The translations under genes were made by a program, and so were the position numbers. From Gemmatimonadota bacterium (GTDB taxonomy: Bacteria; Gemmatimonadota; Gemmatimonadetes; Gemmatimonadales; GWC2-71-9): a DNA stretch of 64,000 nt. Where the stretch lies: assembly GCA_003223395.1 (NCBI GenBank), contig QHUZ01000036.1:627-64626 (forward strand), written 5' to 3'. The notes beneath the pieces were generated by a model. It was not told the DNA's origin. It ran no database searches and was given only the letters and a program-made list of their open reading frames with translations. Of this stretch, positions 27,368-36,394 are shown piece by piece; position 1 is the stretch's first letter, and each line of letters begins with the position of its first letter.

Positions 27368-29058
27368 CCGATCCTACGCGCCGGCTCTCGTTCGCGGCTC
27401 GGGCGCGCGGGTGGCACGACGACGCCACCGCGCTGGAACAGCGGTTCAAGGACCTCGAGACGTTCGAGCGCAGTCACCGCCGCCGGTGGTGGATTGCGGC
27501 GGCGCTCTTCGTGCTCGGTGTGCTGGGGCGACTGGGCGGCGTCAGCAGCACGCGGCTCGGCACGATCGTGCTGGTGGCAGGCGGCGCCGCCATCCTCAAC
27601 GCCATCGTCGGGCTCATCAATGAGCGCGGCTGGTATCGCTGGTGGTTCATCTATCTGCTGCCGTTGCTCGACGTCCTGCTCGTCAACGTCCTCGTCGTCT
27701 GGTTCGGTCACGGCGGCGTGGTCGCCGCGCTGTTCATTGCCGTACTGCCCTACGCGTTCGACCAGGGTCAGGCCGTCGGCGACTTCCTCGTGCTCGTCGC
27801 GTCGATCGCGTATTTGCTCGCGAGCTGGTTGCACGGCGCGCTCTATCCCGGCGGGTCCGGTCTCGACACCACGGCGTATCTCGAGACCGGCGTGTTCATC
27901 GTCGTCGCGATGGCGCTCAAGCGCATCCCCGCGACGCTCATCCAGCGCATCCGTCGCGCGCGCAGCGTGATGGGCGAAGCGGAGCAAGGCTACCTCGCCG
28001 TGCGGGCGGCCGCCGCGGAGGCCGACGAGCTCGGCTTCCTCGAGAAGAGCTTCAACCGCATGCTCGAAGAGATCGGGACGACGATTTCGTCGGTGCAACG
28101 CGAAGCGGACGAGGTCGCCGCGTTTGCCGAGGAGCTGGCCGCGGCGGCGCAGGAGCTGCACGCGACCACCGAATCCCTGACGCAGACATCGCAGCGGCTC
28201 GCCGGAGACCTCGGCAATCAACGCGGCCTGGCCGATGGCGCGCGCGGTGAAAGCGCCAAAGCCGCGGATCAGGCGGAATCGCTGCGCGTGCGGGCGGAGC
28301 TGATGCAGGTCGATGCGTCGCGGCTCGTCAGCACGGCCGAGCGGGGACGTGAACGCGTCGCGCGCGCGAGCGCGACGCTGCGCGCAGTGGGAGAAGAAGT
28401 ACGCGCGACGGCGTCGACGGTCGCGGGGCTCTCCGGGATGTCGGAACGGATCGGGGTCTTCGCGCAGACGATCGCCCGGATCGCGCGGCAGACGCACCTG
28501 CTCGCACTCAATGCGGCGATCGAAGCGGCGCGCGCCGAGGAGCGCGGCGAAGGCTTCGCCGTCGTCGCCGACGAGGTCCGCGCGCTCGCCGCCGAGGCAG
28601 GGAAGTCGGCGCGCGAAGTGGCGGAGCTGGTGAGCGACCTGCGCACGGGCATCGAGGCGGCCGCGCGCGCGATGCAGTCGGGCGAGGCCAAGGTGCGCGA
28701 CATCGGTGCCGTCGCGGCGGAAGCAGACGGCGCACTGCAGGAGCTGCATCAAGGCGTGCAGTTGATGGGCGACCTCGTCAACGCGACCGCAGAGGTCTCG
28801 CGCAGCCAGGCGCAGCGGCTCGCCGACCTTGCACAATCGCTACAGCAAGTCGCCAGCATCTCGACAGCATCATCCGACAGCGCCAACAGCACGGCGGCTG
28901 CCACGGAAGCCCAGATCACGTCGATGGGCGAGTTGACGGCAACATCGCAGCAGCTCGCGCAGCTCGCCGAGCGCCTGCGCGGCGGCATCGCCCGCTTCTC
29001 AGTACTGCGGCGCGATCAAGCCACGACCGAACACCAGGTCCGGCCCGCCGCCGACTAG
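27364..29058 (+). CDS. methyl-accepting chemotaxis protein with multi-TM N-terminal domain and HAMP
   Basis: Highly conserved signalling hairpin [38 protein letters not shown] overlap with pyrE. Confidence 0.85.
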   Translation: MTDPTRRLSFAARARGWHDDATALEQRFKDLETFERSHRRRWWIAAALFVLGVLGRLGGVSSTRLGTIVLVAGGAAILNAIVGLINERGWYRWWFIYLLPLLDVLLVNVLVVWFGHGGVVAALFIAVLPYAFDQGQAVGDFLVLVASIAYLLASWLHGALYPGGSGLDTTAYLETGVFIVVAMALKRIPATLIQRIRRARSVMGEAEQGYLAVRAAAAEADELGFLEKSFNRMLEEIGTTISSVQREADEVAAFAEELAAAAQELHATTESLTQTSQRLAGDLGNQRGLADGARGESAKAADQAESLRVRAELMQVDASRLVSTAERGRERVARASATLRAVGEEVRATASTVAGLSGMSERIGVFAQTIARIARQTHLLALNAAIEAARAEERGEGFAVVADEVRALAAEAGKSAREVAELVSDLRTGIEAAARAMQSGEAKVRDIGAVAAEADGALQELHQGVQLMGDLVNATAEVSRSQAQRLADLAQSLQQVASISTASSDSANSTAAATEAQITSMGELTATSQQLAQLAERLRGGIARFSVLRRDQATTEHQVRPAAD

Positions 29059-29073
29059 GCCTCACCCCCTGTT

Positions 29074-29119
29074 CCCCTCTCCCCTTCGCTTCCCTCAGGC
29101 AGGCTGTTCCGGAGAGGGG
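29074..29119. terminator. candidate bidirectional stem-loop between convergent genes
   Basis: cccctctcc (29074-29082) and ggagagggg (29111-29119) form a 9-bp perfect inverted repeat with a 28-nt loop. There are no clear U-tracts. Confidence 0.35.
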
Positions 29120-29122
29120 GGA

Positions 29123-29995
29123 TCACCCCGCCCGGGAGACCGCTGCGACGCTCGGGCCTTGGTCCCACGACCCCGCGTTGAAGGGGTGGAGCGCGCGCAG
29201 GGCCTCCCGGTACGGGGTGATGAGCAGATCGATGTAGCGGGCCAGCGCCACGTCGAACGGAAAACGGAGGCGAAATTCTCCAGCCGTAACGCCGAGCACC
29301 GCGCGCAGATGACGGCCAAAACTCTGCGGCGACGAGTAATCCATCCGGTACGCCACGTCCGAGACCGACAGGCCGGGGTTCTGGAAGAGGAACGCGGCGT
29401 GCAGCAACCGCATGCCCGCGAGATAACTCTTCGGCGAGGGCAGCGCGGCACGATGGAAGCGCGACATCAACGTGCTGGGCCCCACGCGCAGATGGCGCGC
29501 CAACCCGCGGACGGTACTCAGCGCCGGCGCGAGCCGCGCCACGGCCTCGAAAAACAGCCGCGTTTCTTCCGACGCATCGCCCAGCGCGGGACCGAGGCGC
29601 GCGAGGATCCGGGCGGCAACCGGCGAGGCGGGATGCCCCACGAGATCGCGCAGGCGGCGCCAGCCGTCGGGCTCGGTGCAATCGATGGCGCTGCGCACAC
29701 CGGTCGCGCCCAGGCGCAGCAGCGTCTCTGTCGCCTCCCGATCGTGCCGCGAGACGAGTGCGACGGCGGGAATGGCGGGGAACTCGCGCACAAAGCGCGC
29801 GACGCCGGGCAGCGCCTCGCCGTGGCAGCGGTGCACGGAGATGATCACGGCATCCACGCGCCGGCGGCGCGCGACGTACAGCGCCTCACGCAGGGAATCG
29901 GCATGCAGAGTGTCGAAGCAGCCGTCACCCGCCGCGTCGATGCGCGGGCGCTCAGGCGGCGGGAGAACCGTGCATACCGTGACCATGCGCATCAT
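29123..29995 (-). CDS. AraC family transcriptional regulator with N-terminal receiver-like domain
   Basis: C-terminal AraC HTH (SVSDVAYRMDYSSPQSFGRHLRAVLGVTAGEFR). The N-terminal CheY-like fold lacks an obvious phospho-acceptor Asp. Confidence 0.75.
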   Translation of the reverse strand: MMRMVTVCTVLPPPERPRIDAAGDGCFDTLHADSLREALYVARRRRVDAVIISVHRCHGEALPGVARFVREFPAIPAVALVSRHDREATETLLRLGATGVRSAIDCTEPDGWRRLRDLVGHPASPVAARILARLGPALGDASEETRLFFEAVARLAPALSTVRGLARHLRVGPSTLMSRFHRAALPSPKSYLAGMRLLHAAFLFQNPGLSVSDVAYRMDYSSPQSFGRHLRAVLGVTAGEFRLRFPFDVALARYIDLLITPYREALRALHPFNAGSWDQGPSVAAVSRAG

Positions 29996-30101
29996 GGTAC
30001 CGCAGGCGGTTCAACGGTCGATCATCGGGACCGCATAAAGCCGAGCCAGTACGGCGGGTGAATTTCCGACGCCGCCTGTGCCAAAAAATGCCGGCGCGAT
30101 T

Positions 30102-31844
30102 CTAGCGCGACTGCACCGCTGCCACCCACGCGTGGATGCGCGCGTCAAGCACATCGAGCGGCACTGCCCCGGCGCCCAGCACCTGGTCGTGGAACGCGCG
30201 CACGTCGAACCGGTCGCCTAAGGTCCGCGCCGCGTAGACGCGCAGCTCCTTGATCTTGAGCTCGCCGATCTTGTAAGCGAGCGCCTGCCCCGGCCAGACG
30301 ATGTAGCGATCGACTTCCACCGTGATGTCGTGTTCCGTCTTGGCAGCGTTTTCCTTGAAGTAGTCGATCGCCTGCTGGCGAGTCCATCCCATCGTGTGTA
30401 TCCCGGTGTCGATGACCAGGCGAATCGCACGCCACATTTCGTAGGTGAGCTGGCCGAACTTGCTGTACGGATCGGCATAAAGGCCGAGCTCTCCCCCCAG
30501 GCTCTCGCTGTACAGTCCCCAGCCCTCGACAAACGCGGTATAGCCGCCGAAGCGGCGGAACTCGGGCACGCCCTCGAGCTCCTGTGCCAGCGCGATCTGG
30601 AGGTGGTGACCGGGCACGGCTTCATGGAGCGAGAGCGCTTCCATCTCCCACTTGGGACGAGCCGGGAGATTGTAGGTGTTGACGAAATACGTCCCGGCGC
30701 GATGTCCGAGCGGGCTGCCCGGCTGGTAGTACGCAGTGGTCTGGGAGCGCTCTGAATAAGATGGAATGGGAGCGACGCCATACGGAAGGCGGGGCAGGGT
30801 GCCAAAGAGCCTGGGGAGCTCGGGATCGATGCGCTTCATGAGCTCGCGGGACGCGCGGATCAAGTCGTCGGCATTCGTCCAATAGAAGCGCGGATCGGTC
30901 CGCAGGAACTGCACGAATTCGGCGAAGCTGCCCTTGAATCCGCTCGCGGTGATGACGCTGTCCATGGCGGCGCGAATGCGCTTCACCTCCGCCAGGCCAA
31001 TGGCGTGAATCTGCTCGGGGGTAAGGTCGGTCGTGGTGGACGCCCGTGCGCGGACCTGGTACCAGGCGATCCCATTGGGGAGATCGCGGATCCCGGTCGT
31101 GGTGCGCGCCCCCGGGACGTATCGCTCCCGCAGGAAGGTGCTCAACTTCCGAAACGCCGGTGCGACCGAGTCGCGATACGCGGCGAGCGCCGCCGCGCGC
31201 AACCGCTGCTGGTCTGCGGGAAGCACGCCCGCGGGAAAATGCGCAAAGGCGCTCAGCAAGGGACTCGTGAGGGGATCATCCACCACGAGGTCCTGCGCTT
31301 GCGACGGGACGTCGCGCAGCGTGATCTGTGGCGGGGTGATTCCGGACGTGAGCCCGCGCTCGAGCAGCACGATCGTCTGGTTGACCAGGACGGGCACGGC
31401 CCGCAGCCGCGCCAGAATGTCCTCATAGTCCCGCACCGTACCGGCCGGCATTTTCGCGATCGTGCTGGGGACATCCTGCTGCACGCCGTCGAGCTGGTTG
31501 ATCGCCAGCAACTCACCGGGGAAGCGGCTTTCCTCGATGGCGGTGGTCAGATTACGGCGGAACAGATCGTAGTTCAGCTGATCGGTGGGGCCGAGTTTCG
31601 CGCGATCGATGGTGCGGAGGACGTTCAAGGGATCGTTCAGCTCGCGCTTGCGCCGCGCAATCGCCTCGAGCGAGTTGTCGGTCCACCGCCCATTCTGGCC
31701 GGGATAGCCCACCGAGGTCGCGAACTCTGGAAACTCGCGCATCGTGTATTCCCAGCGTTGCGCGAACAGCTGATGGAGGCGGACACTGTCCGAGCCCGTC
31801 TGCGCGAGGATGGTGACCGGTAGCAGGAGCATGAACGCCGACAC
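30102..31844 (-). CDS. DUF885 family protein (putative metallopeptidase), secreted
   Basis: HEAVPGHHLQ motif, signal-like N-terminus, GTG start. Confidence 0.8.
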   Translation of the reverse strand: MSAFMLLLPVTILAQTGSDSVRLHQLFAQRWEYTMREFPEFATSVGYPGQNGRWTDNSLEAIARRKRELNDPLNVLRTIDRAKLGPTDQLNYDLFRRNLTTAIEESRFPGELLAINQLDGVQQDVPSTIAKMPAGTVRDYEDILARLRAVPVLVNQTIVLLERGLTSGITPPQITLRDVPSQAQDLVVDDPLTSPLLSAFAHFPAGVLPADQQRLRAAALAAYRDSVAPAFRKLSTFLRERYVPGARTTTGIRDLPNGIAWYQVRARASTTTDLTPEQIHAIGLAEVKRIRAAMDSVITASGFKGSFAEFVQFLRTDPRFYWTNADDLIRASRELMKRIDPELPRLFGTLPRLPYGVAPIPSYSERSQTTAYYQPGSPLGHRAGTYFVNTYNLPARPKWEMEALSLHEAVPGHHLQIALAQELEGVPEFRRFGGYTAFVEGWGLYSESLGGELGLYADPYSKFGQLTYEMWRAIRLVIDTGIHTMGWTRQQAIDYFKENAAKTEHDITVEVDRYIVWPGQALAYKIGELKIKELRVYAARTLGDRFDVRAFHDQVLGAGAVPLDVLDARIHAWVAAVQSR

Positions 31845-31909
31845 GCGAGAGACTCCTTGTGAACGGGTGAGCAGAATGCGAAGCTACCCGCGCGCACTGG
31901 AGGGCGCCA

Positions 31910-32416
31910 TTGACCTCAAGACGCCTGCTCATCGGACTGTCATCGCTGGTCGTCATGCTCACCATCGCGGGTGCGGTGAGCTTCGTGCGCTACGCGCACC
32001 GGCACACGCCCGACCCGCAGCTCGCCGCGGTTGCGCCGTTCGATATCTTCGTGACCGGCCTCGAACCGTGGCGCGTGCGACTTGCCCAGGGGCTGACGGC
32101 GCAGCTCGACAGCTTGCCGCCGCTGGCCGCCGTCTCCCAGGACGTCGTGCGGGAGCGGTGGCAGGGGCAGTCCAGCCCCGCGCTCGCGGCGATGGATCTC
32201 GCGCGCCGCACGAGCGCCGGCCTCGCGATCTATGGCCGCCTCGACCCGGTTGCGACGAGCCGCGACTCGGTTCGGGTGCAGATGATCCTCGTCGCGTCGG
32301 GCGACGGGCGCGTGCTCCTCACGAGCGACCGGCCCTGGGCCGTCGCCGACCTGGAATGGCTACCCCGGGCGCTCGCAGAGCAGGTGCGCCAGAACTATCG
32401 TTATCCACGTGACTAA
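31910..32416 (+). CDS. membrane-anchored hypothetical protein resembling the extracytoplasmic domain of the downstream kinase
   Basis: TTG start, one TM helix, then AVAPFDI...GLTAQLDSL...GLAIYGRL...VRVQMILV. This parallels residues ~335-460 of the kinase at 32409. 8-nt overlap with that kinase. Confidence 0.6.
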   Translation: MTSRRLLIGLSSLVVMLTIAGAVSFVRYAHRHTPDPQLAAVAPFDIFVTGLEPWRVRLAQGLTAQLDSLPPLAAVSQDVVRERWQGQSSPALAAMDLARRTSAGLAIYGRLDPVATSRDSVRVQMILVASGDGRVLLTSDRPWAVADLEWLPRALAEQVRQNYRYPRD

Positions 32417-34892
32417 TCCGTTTGCAGAATTGAACGCCGCGCTCCCCGGTCATTACGTGATCGATCGGGAGCTGGGTCGCGGCGGGATGGCGTTGGTGTA
32501 CCTCGCGCGCGACACGCGCCACGAGCGCTTCGTCGCGCTCAAGACGTTGCGGCCCGAGATCGCCATCGCGCTCGGCCGCGAACGGTTCCTGCGCGAGATC
32601 AGACTCGCTGCGCGCCTGCAGCATCCCAACATCCTGCCGGTCTACGATTCGGGCGATGCGGGCGGCACGCTCTACTACGTCATGCCGTTCGTCGAAGGTG
32701 AATCCCTACGCGACCGGCTCGACCGCGAGCCACAGCTGCCGGTGGACGATGCGCTGCAGATCGCGCGCGAAGTCGCCGACGCGCTCGCGTATGCGCACGA
32801 CCACGACGTCGTGCATCGCGACATCAAGCCCGAGAACATCATGCTGTCGGGCGGTCATGCGATCGTCGCCGATTTCGGCATCGCGCGCGCCGTCAGCGCC
32901 GCGGGCGGCGACAAGCTGACGCAGACCGGACTCGCCATCGGGACACCCGCGTACATGCCGCCCGAGCAAGCCTCGGGCTCGGGACAGGTGGATCGCCGCA
33001 GCGACATCTACAGTCTCGCGTGCGTGCTGTACGAGACGCTCGCGGGCCAGCCGCCGTTCACCGGCCCGACCGCGCAAGCGATCATGGCGCGGCACTCGCT
33101 CGACGCGGTGCCGCGGCTCAAGATCGTGCGCGACGCGATTCCGGACGAACTCGAAGTCGTGATCGAGCGCGCGCTCGAAAAAGTGCCCGCCGATCGGTAT
33201 CAAACATCGGGAGAATTCGCCAAAGCACTCACCAACGCGAGCACCGGCCAGGTCTCGCGGGTCACCGCGGCACGGCGGACCCACTCGCGGAAGCCGTGGC
33301 GCCGTCCGATTCCCGTGGCGATCGGCGTCACGCTCCTGGTCGGGGCCGCGGCCCTGGCGATCGCGCTCGCACCACGTGGAAACGGAGGCAGCGCCGCACC
33401 GGGCATCGATTTGCGTCGCGTCGCGGTGCTCTACTTCCAGGATCTGAGTCCCGACAGCACGCTCGGCTATCTTGCCGACGGACTCACCGAAGGACTGATC
33501 GATCAGTTGTCGCAAGTCCGCACGCTCGACGTCATTTCACGCAACGGCGTGCTGCCCTTCCGTAACTCCGATCTGCAGCCTGACAGCATCGCGCGAGCGG
33601 TTGGCGCCGGAACACTGGTCGAAGGCAGTCTCGAGCCGGTGCGCGATCGCGTCCGAGTCACGGTGCGACTGGTGGACGGGGCGACCGGCGGCGATCTGCT
33701 GGCGCGCGCCAGCTTCGAAGCATCGGCCGGCAATCTTCTCGTGATCCGCGATACGCTCGCGACTCAAGTCGCACGCGTATTGCGCGAGCGGCTCGGGCAA
33801 GAAGTGCGACTGCGCGAGGAGCGGGCCGGTACGAGAAGCACGGCCGCGTGGACGCTCGTGCAGCAGGCCGAGCGGATCCGCAAGGATGGGGAAGCACTGG
33901 TGCCGGCGGGAAAGATGGACGCCGCCAATGCGCTGTTCGGCCGCGTCGATTCCCTGCTGACGGCAGCCGAGCGCGCCGACCCGCGGTGGGTCGACCCGAT
34001 CGTGCTGCGCGGTCAGCTCGTCGAACGACGCGTCCGGCTCACCCGCAACGCGGCCCTGATAGACGAAGGGCTTGCACACGCCGGCCGCGCGCTCACCCTC
34101 GCACCGCAAGACCCACCCGCCCTGGAATTGCGCGGCACACTGCGCTATCGGCGCTGGCAATTGGCTCGCCCGTCCGATCCGCAACAGGCGAGCGCGCTGC
34201 TCGACGATGCGCGCGGCGATCTCGAGCGCGCGACCAATATCGATCCGACGCTGGCGGGCGCGTATGCCACGTTGAGCAGCCTGTATTACCAGACCAAGGA
34301 TTTGCCGGGGGCCGCGTTGGCGGCCCGGCGGGCGTACGAGGAGGACGCGTATCTCAGTAATGCATCGGATATTCTCTACCGGTTGTTTTTCACGTCGTAC
34401 GATCTCGACCAGCAGCGCCAGGCGCAGCACTGGTGCCAGGAGGGGACGCGTCGCTTTCCGCGGGATTTCCGCTTCCTGGAGTGCCAGCTTTACATGATGA
34501 CTCGCGGGGAGCAACCGGACGTTCCTCGTGCCTGGCGACTGCTCGCGGGAATCGATTCCCTCGTGCCGGCCCCCCGGCGGCCGGTCTTCCATCTGCGCGA
34601 GCAGATGATGGTCGCGGCCACCATCGCCCGCGCCGGCCTGAAAGACAGCGCGCATGCCGTGATTGAGCGCTCGCGGGGGACACCAGAGCTCGATCCCGAG
34701 CACGATCTGGTCGCCCTGGAGGCGTTCGTCCGTACGCTCCTGGGCGAGCAAGATGAGGCTATCCGTTTGCTACAGCGCTACGTAGCCGCTAACCCCGAGC
34801 ACTCTTTCCAGGTAGGGGGCGACGTCTTCTGGTGGTGGTGGGACCTCCGGGAGCGTCCGGGCTTCCAGGCGCTCGCTCGACCCCATTCGTGA
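32409..34892 (+). CDS. Ser/Thr protein kinase with TM helix, TolB-N-like periplasmic domain and TPR-like C-terminal region
   Basis: Motifs GRGGMALVY, HRDIKPEN, DFGIA, PPEQ. TM helix around residue 305. VAVLYFQDLS...GLTEGLIDQL. Confidence 0.85.
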   Translation: MTNPFAELNAALPGHYVIDRELGRGGMALVYLARDTRHERFVALKTLRPEIAIALGRERFLREIRLAARLQHPNILPVYDSGDAGGTLYYVMPFVEGESLRDRLDREPQLPVDDALQIAREVADALAYAHDHDVVHRDIKPENIMLSGGHAIVADFGIARAVSAAGGDKLTQTGLAIGTPAYMPPEQASGSGQVDRRSDIYSLACVLYETLAGQPPFTGPTAQAIMARHSLDAVPRLKIVRDAIPDELEVVIERALEKVPADRYQTSGEFAKALTNASTGQVSRVTAARRTHSRKPWRRPIPVAIGVTLLVGAAALAIALAPRGNGGSAAPGIDLRRVAVLYFQDLSPDSTLGYLADGLTEGLIDQLSQVRTLDVISRNGVLPFRNSDLQPDSIARAVGAGTLVEGSLEPVRDRVRVTVRLVDGATGGDLLARASFEASAGNLLVIRDTLATQVARVLRERLGQEVRLREERAGTRSTAAWTLVQQAERIRKDGEALVPAGKMDAANALFGRVDSLLTAAERADPRWVDPIVLRGQLVERRVRLTRNAALIDEGLAHAGRALTLAPQDPPALELRGTLRYRRWQLARPSDPQQASALLDDARGDLERATNIDPTLAGAYATLSSLYYQTKDLPGAALAARRAYEEDAYLSNASDILYRLFFTSYDLDQQRQAQHWCQEGTRRFPRDFRFLECQLYMMTRGEQPDVPRAWRLLAGIDSLVPAPRRPVFHLREQMMVAATIARAGLKDSAHAVIERSRGTPELDPEHDLVALEAFVRTLLGEQDEAIRLLQRYVAANPEHSFQVGGDVFWWWWDLRERPGFQALARPHS

Positions 34893-35055
34893 CGTAGCTC
34901 ACAAAACCCGTGACCTACCTCACTTCTTGACGGGTCGCCATTTTGGCGCCCTTTTTACTCCGCACCGCGAAAACCGTAGTCAAGCAGGCCGTCGCAACCG
35001 TCCCAGATTCGCGCCCAGCTGGGGGTTGTACTAGGCCCCAACTGGGAGTCGCCCT

Positions 35056-36231
35056 ATGAATCGAATCGCCTTGCTGTCTCTCGTTCTTGTCGGAATCGTC
35101 GGCTGTCGCGCAGATCGGGCGTTACCGCCAGGACCGTCGGCGGAAATCCAGGACGCAACGCACCTCAATGGTAACTCGTTTTTCTTTTGGCTCCCACCGA
35201 CCGTAAACCAGCACGCTCCATCAAGCCAAGTCTTCTCGAGCAAACTCCGCCCGGTGATCACAATCGTCGACCAAGGACCTGCCGGCGCAGCCTCGGCCAA
35301 CTGCCATGCCGGCAGCACGCTGCGCACGTTCTCCGGGTCCGACATCACGGTGAGCAACGCGGCCTACCATGCGAACTGGCGCACCGACCAGGATGCCCTC
35401 TACCCGGAGTGCACGTATCGCATCACGGTAAACGTCGGGCCGAGACTGAATTCTCCAGAGCTGGGTTATGCGGACGTCGATGTCGTAAGCAGTGGTCGGC
35501 AGCTAAAGAACGTCGATACCGACGAATTTATTCCCCTGCTCGATGATCGGACGTTGCCGATCACGTTTTTCATCGGAGTGGGAGCGACCTGCAGCCGAGA
35601 CGGGGGCTCGGACTGCGGGGAGGGGGTGGCAAAGCCGGGTGAGAACACGCTCATTGTCACCAACAGCGGCAACGCGGGTGTGTTCATTCCCGCGGGTGCG
35701 GTCGATGGTGAAACCACCATCACCATCCAGTCAGTCGACCAGCGATTTAATGAGGGCCAAGAATGCATTCCGCGGTTGGCCGACCAATTCCCCGGCACGC
35801 CAAAGACACTCGATAACGGCTGTTACGACTTCCGCGCCGACCCGCCGCTCGCTGACGTCAACGACAATGGCGGCACCTTTAATGCAGGGTTCAACGCGAC
35901 CGTCGGGATCTGCCCGCCGACCGCCGCAATGAACCTGGATCATGGGACGCTCGATCGGATTCAGCTCTTCCGGATCGATGATCTTGGCGAGGGAAATGCC
36001 GTCGCGCTCGCCGACGTCCAGGCCCCGTTCCTGCGTTGCGACCCTCACTACTCACCATCGTTTGGATCGCGCGGCTCGCTCTTTGGGGACTTGGCGCGAG
36101 CGTTGGCGGGTATCGTCAGTCCGCGCCCGCTCTACGCGGGCACCCGGCGCATGATGTTTGATGTGGGCGCCGGCGGCAGCACGGATGGCTTCAGCCGTTT
36201 CGGGTGGGCTCTGCCGTTCAGCATCCAGTAG
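35056..36231 (+). CDS. Cys-rich lipoprotein of unknown function (paralog 1)
   Basis: Lipobox LVGIVGC. No recognisable domain. About half of the positions are identical by eye to the next gene. Confidence 0.7.
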   Translation: MNRIALLSLVLVGIVGCRADRALPPGPSAEIQDATHLNGNSFFFWLPPTVNQHAPSSQVFSSKLRPVITIVDQGPAGAASANCHAGSTLRTFSGSDITVSNAAYHANWRTDQDALYPECTYRITVNVGPRLNSPELGYADVDVVSSGRQLKNVDTDEFIPLLDDRTLPITFFIGVGATCSRDGGSDCGEGVAKPGENTLIVTNSGNAGVFIPAGAVDGETTITIQSVDQRFNEGQECIPRLADQFPGTPKTLDNGCYDFRADPPLADVNDNGGTFNAGFNATVGICPPTAAMNLDHGTLDRIQLFRIDDLGEGNAVALADVQAPFLRCDPHYSPSFGSRGSLFGDLARALAGIVSPRPLYAGTRRMMFDVGAGGSTDGFSRFGWALPFSIQ

Positions 36232-36240
36232 GACAATTCA

Positions 36241-36271
36241 GGGCGGCTCTTTGGAGCCGCCCTTCCTTTAC
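36241..36271 (+). terminator. intrinsic terminator
   Basis: gggcggctc-tttg-gagccgccc followed by ttcctttacc. Confidence 0.7.
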
Positions 36272-36394
36272 CTCATTCCTTGGATGTAGCTCCAACGTCC
36301 GGTCCTCAATCCATCTCTCGTCTGATGGTTTTTCCCCGCGCGGTATTTATTCATCTATTTCCATGTTGCGACTGAGCCCTTTCTCGACGCGGAC

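Noticed and set aside
29996-30101. T6 run and GC-rich segment downstream of the DUF885 gene as an intrinsic terminator
   Set aside because: I could not find a convincing stem preceding the TTTTTT on the minus strand, only 4-5 bp pairings.
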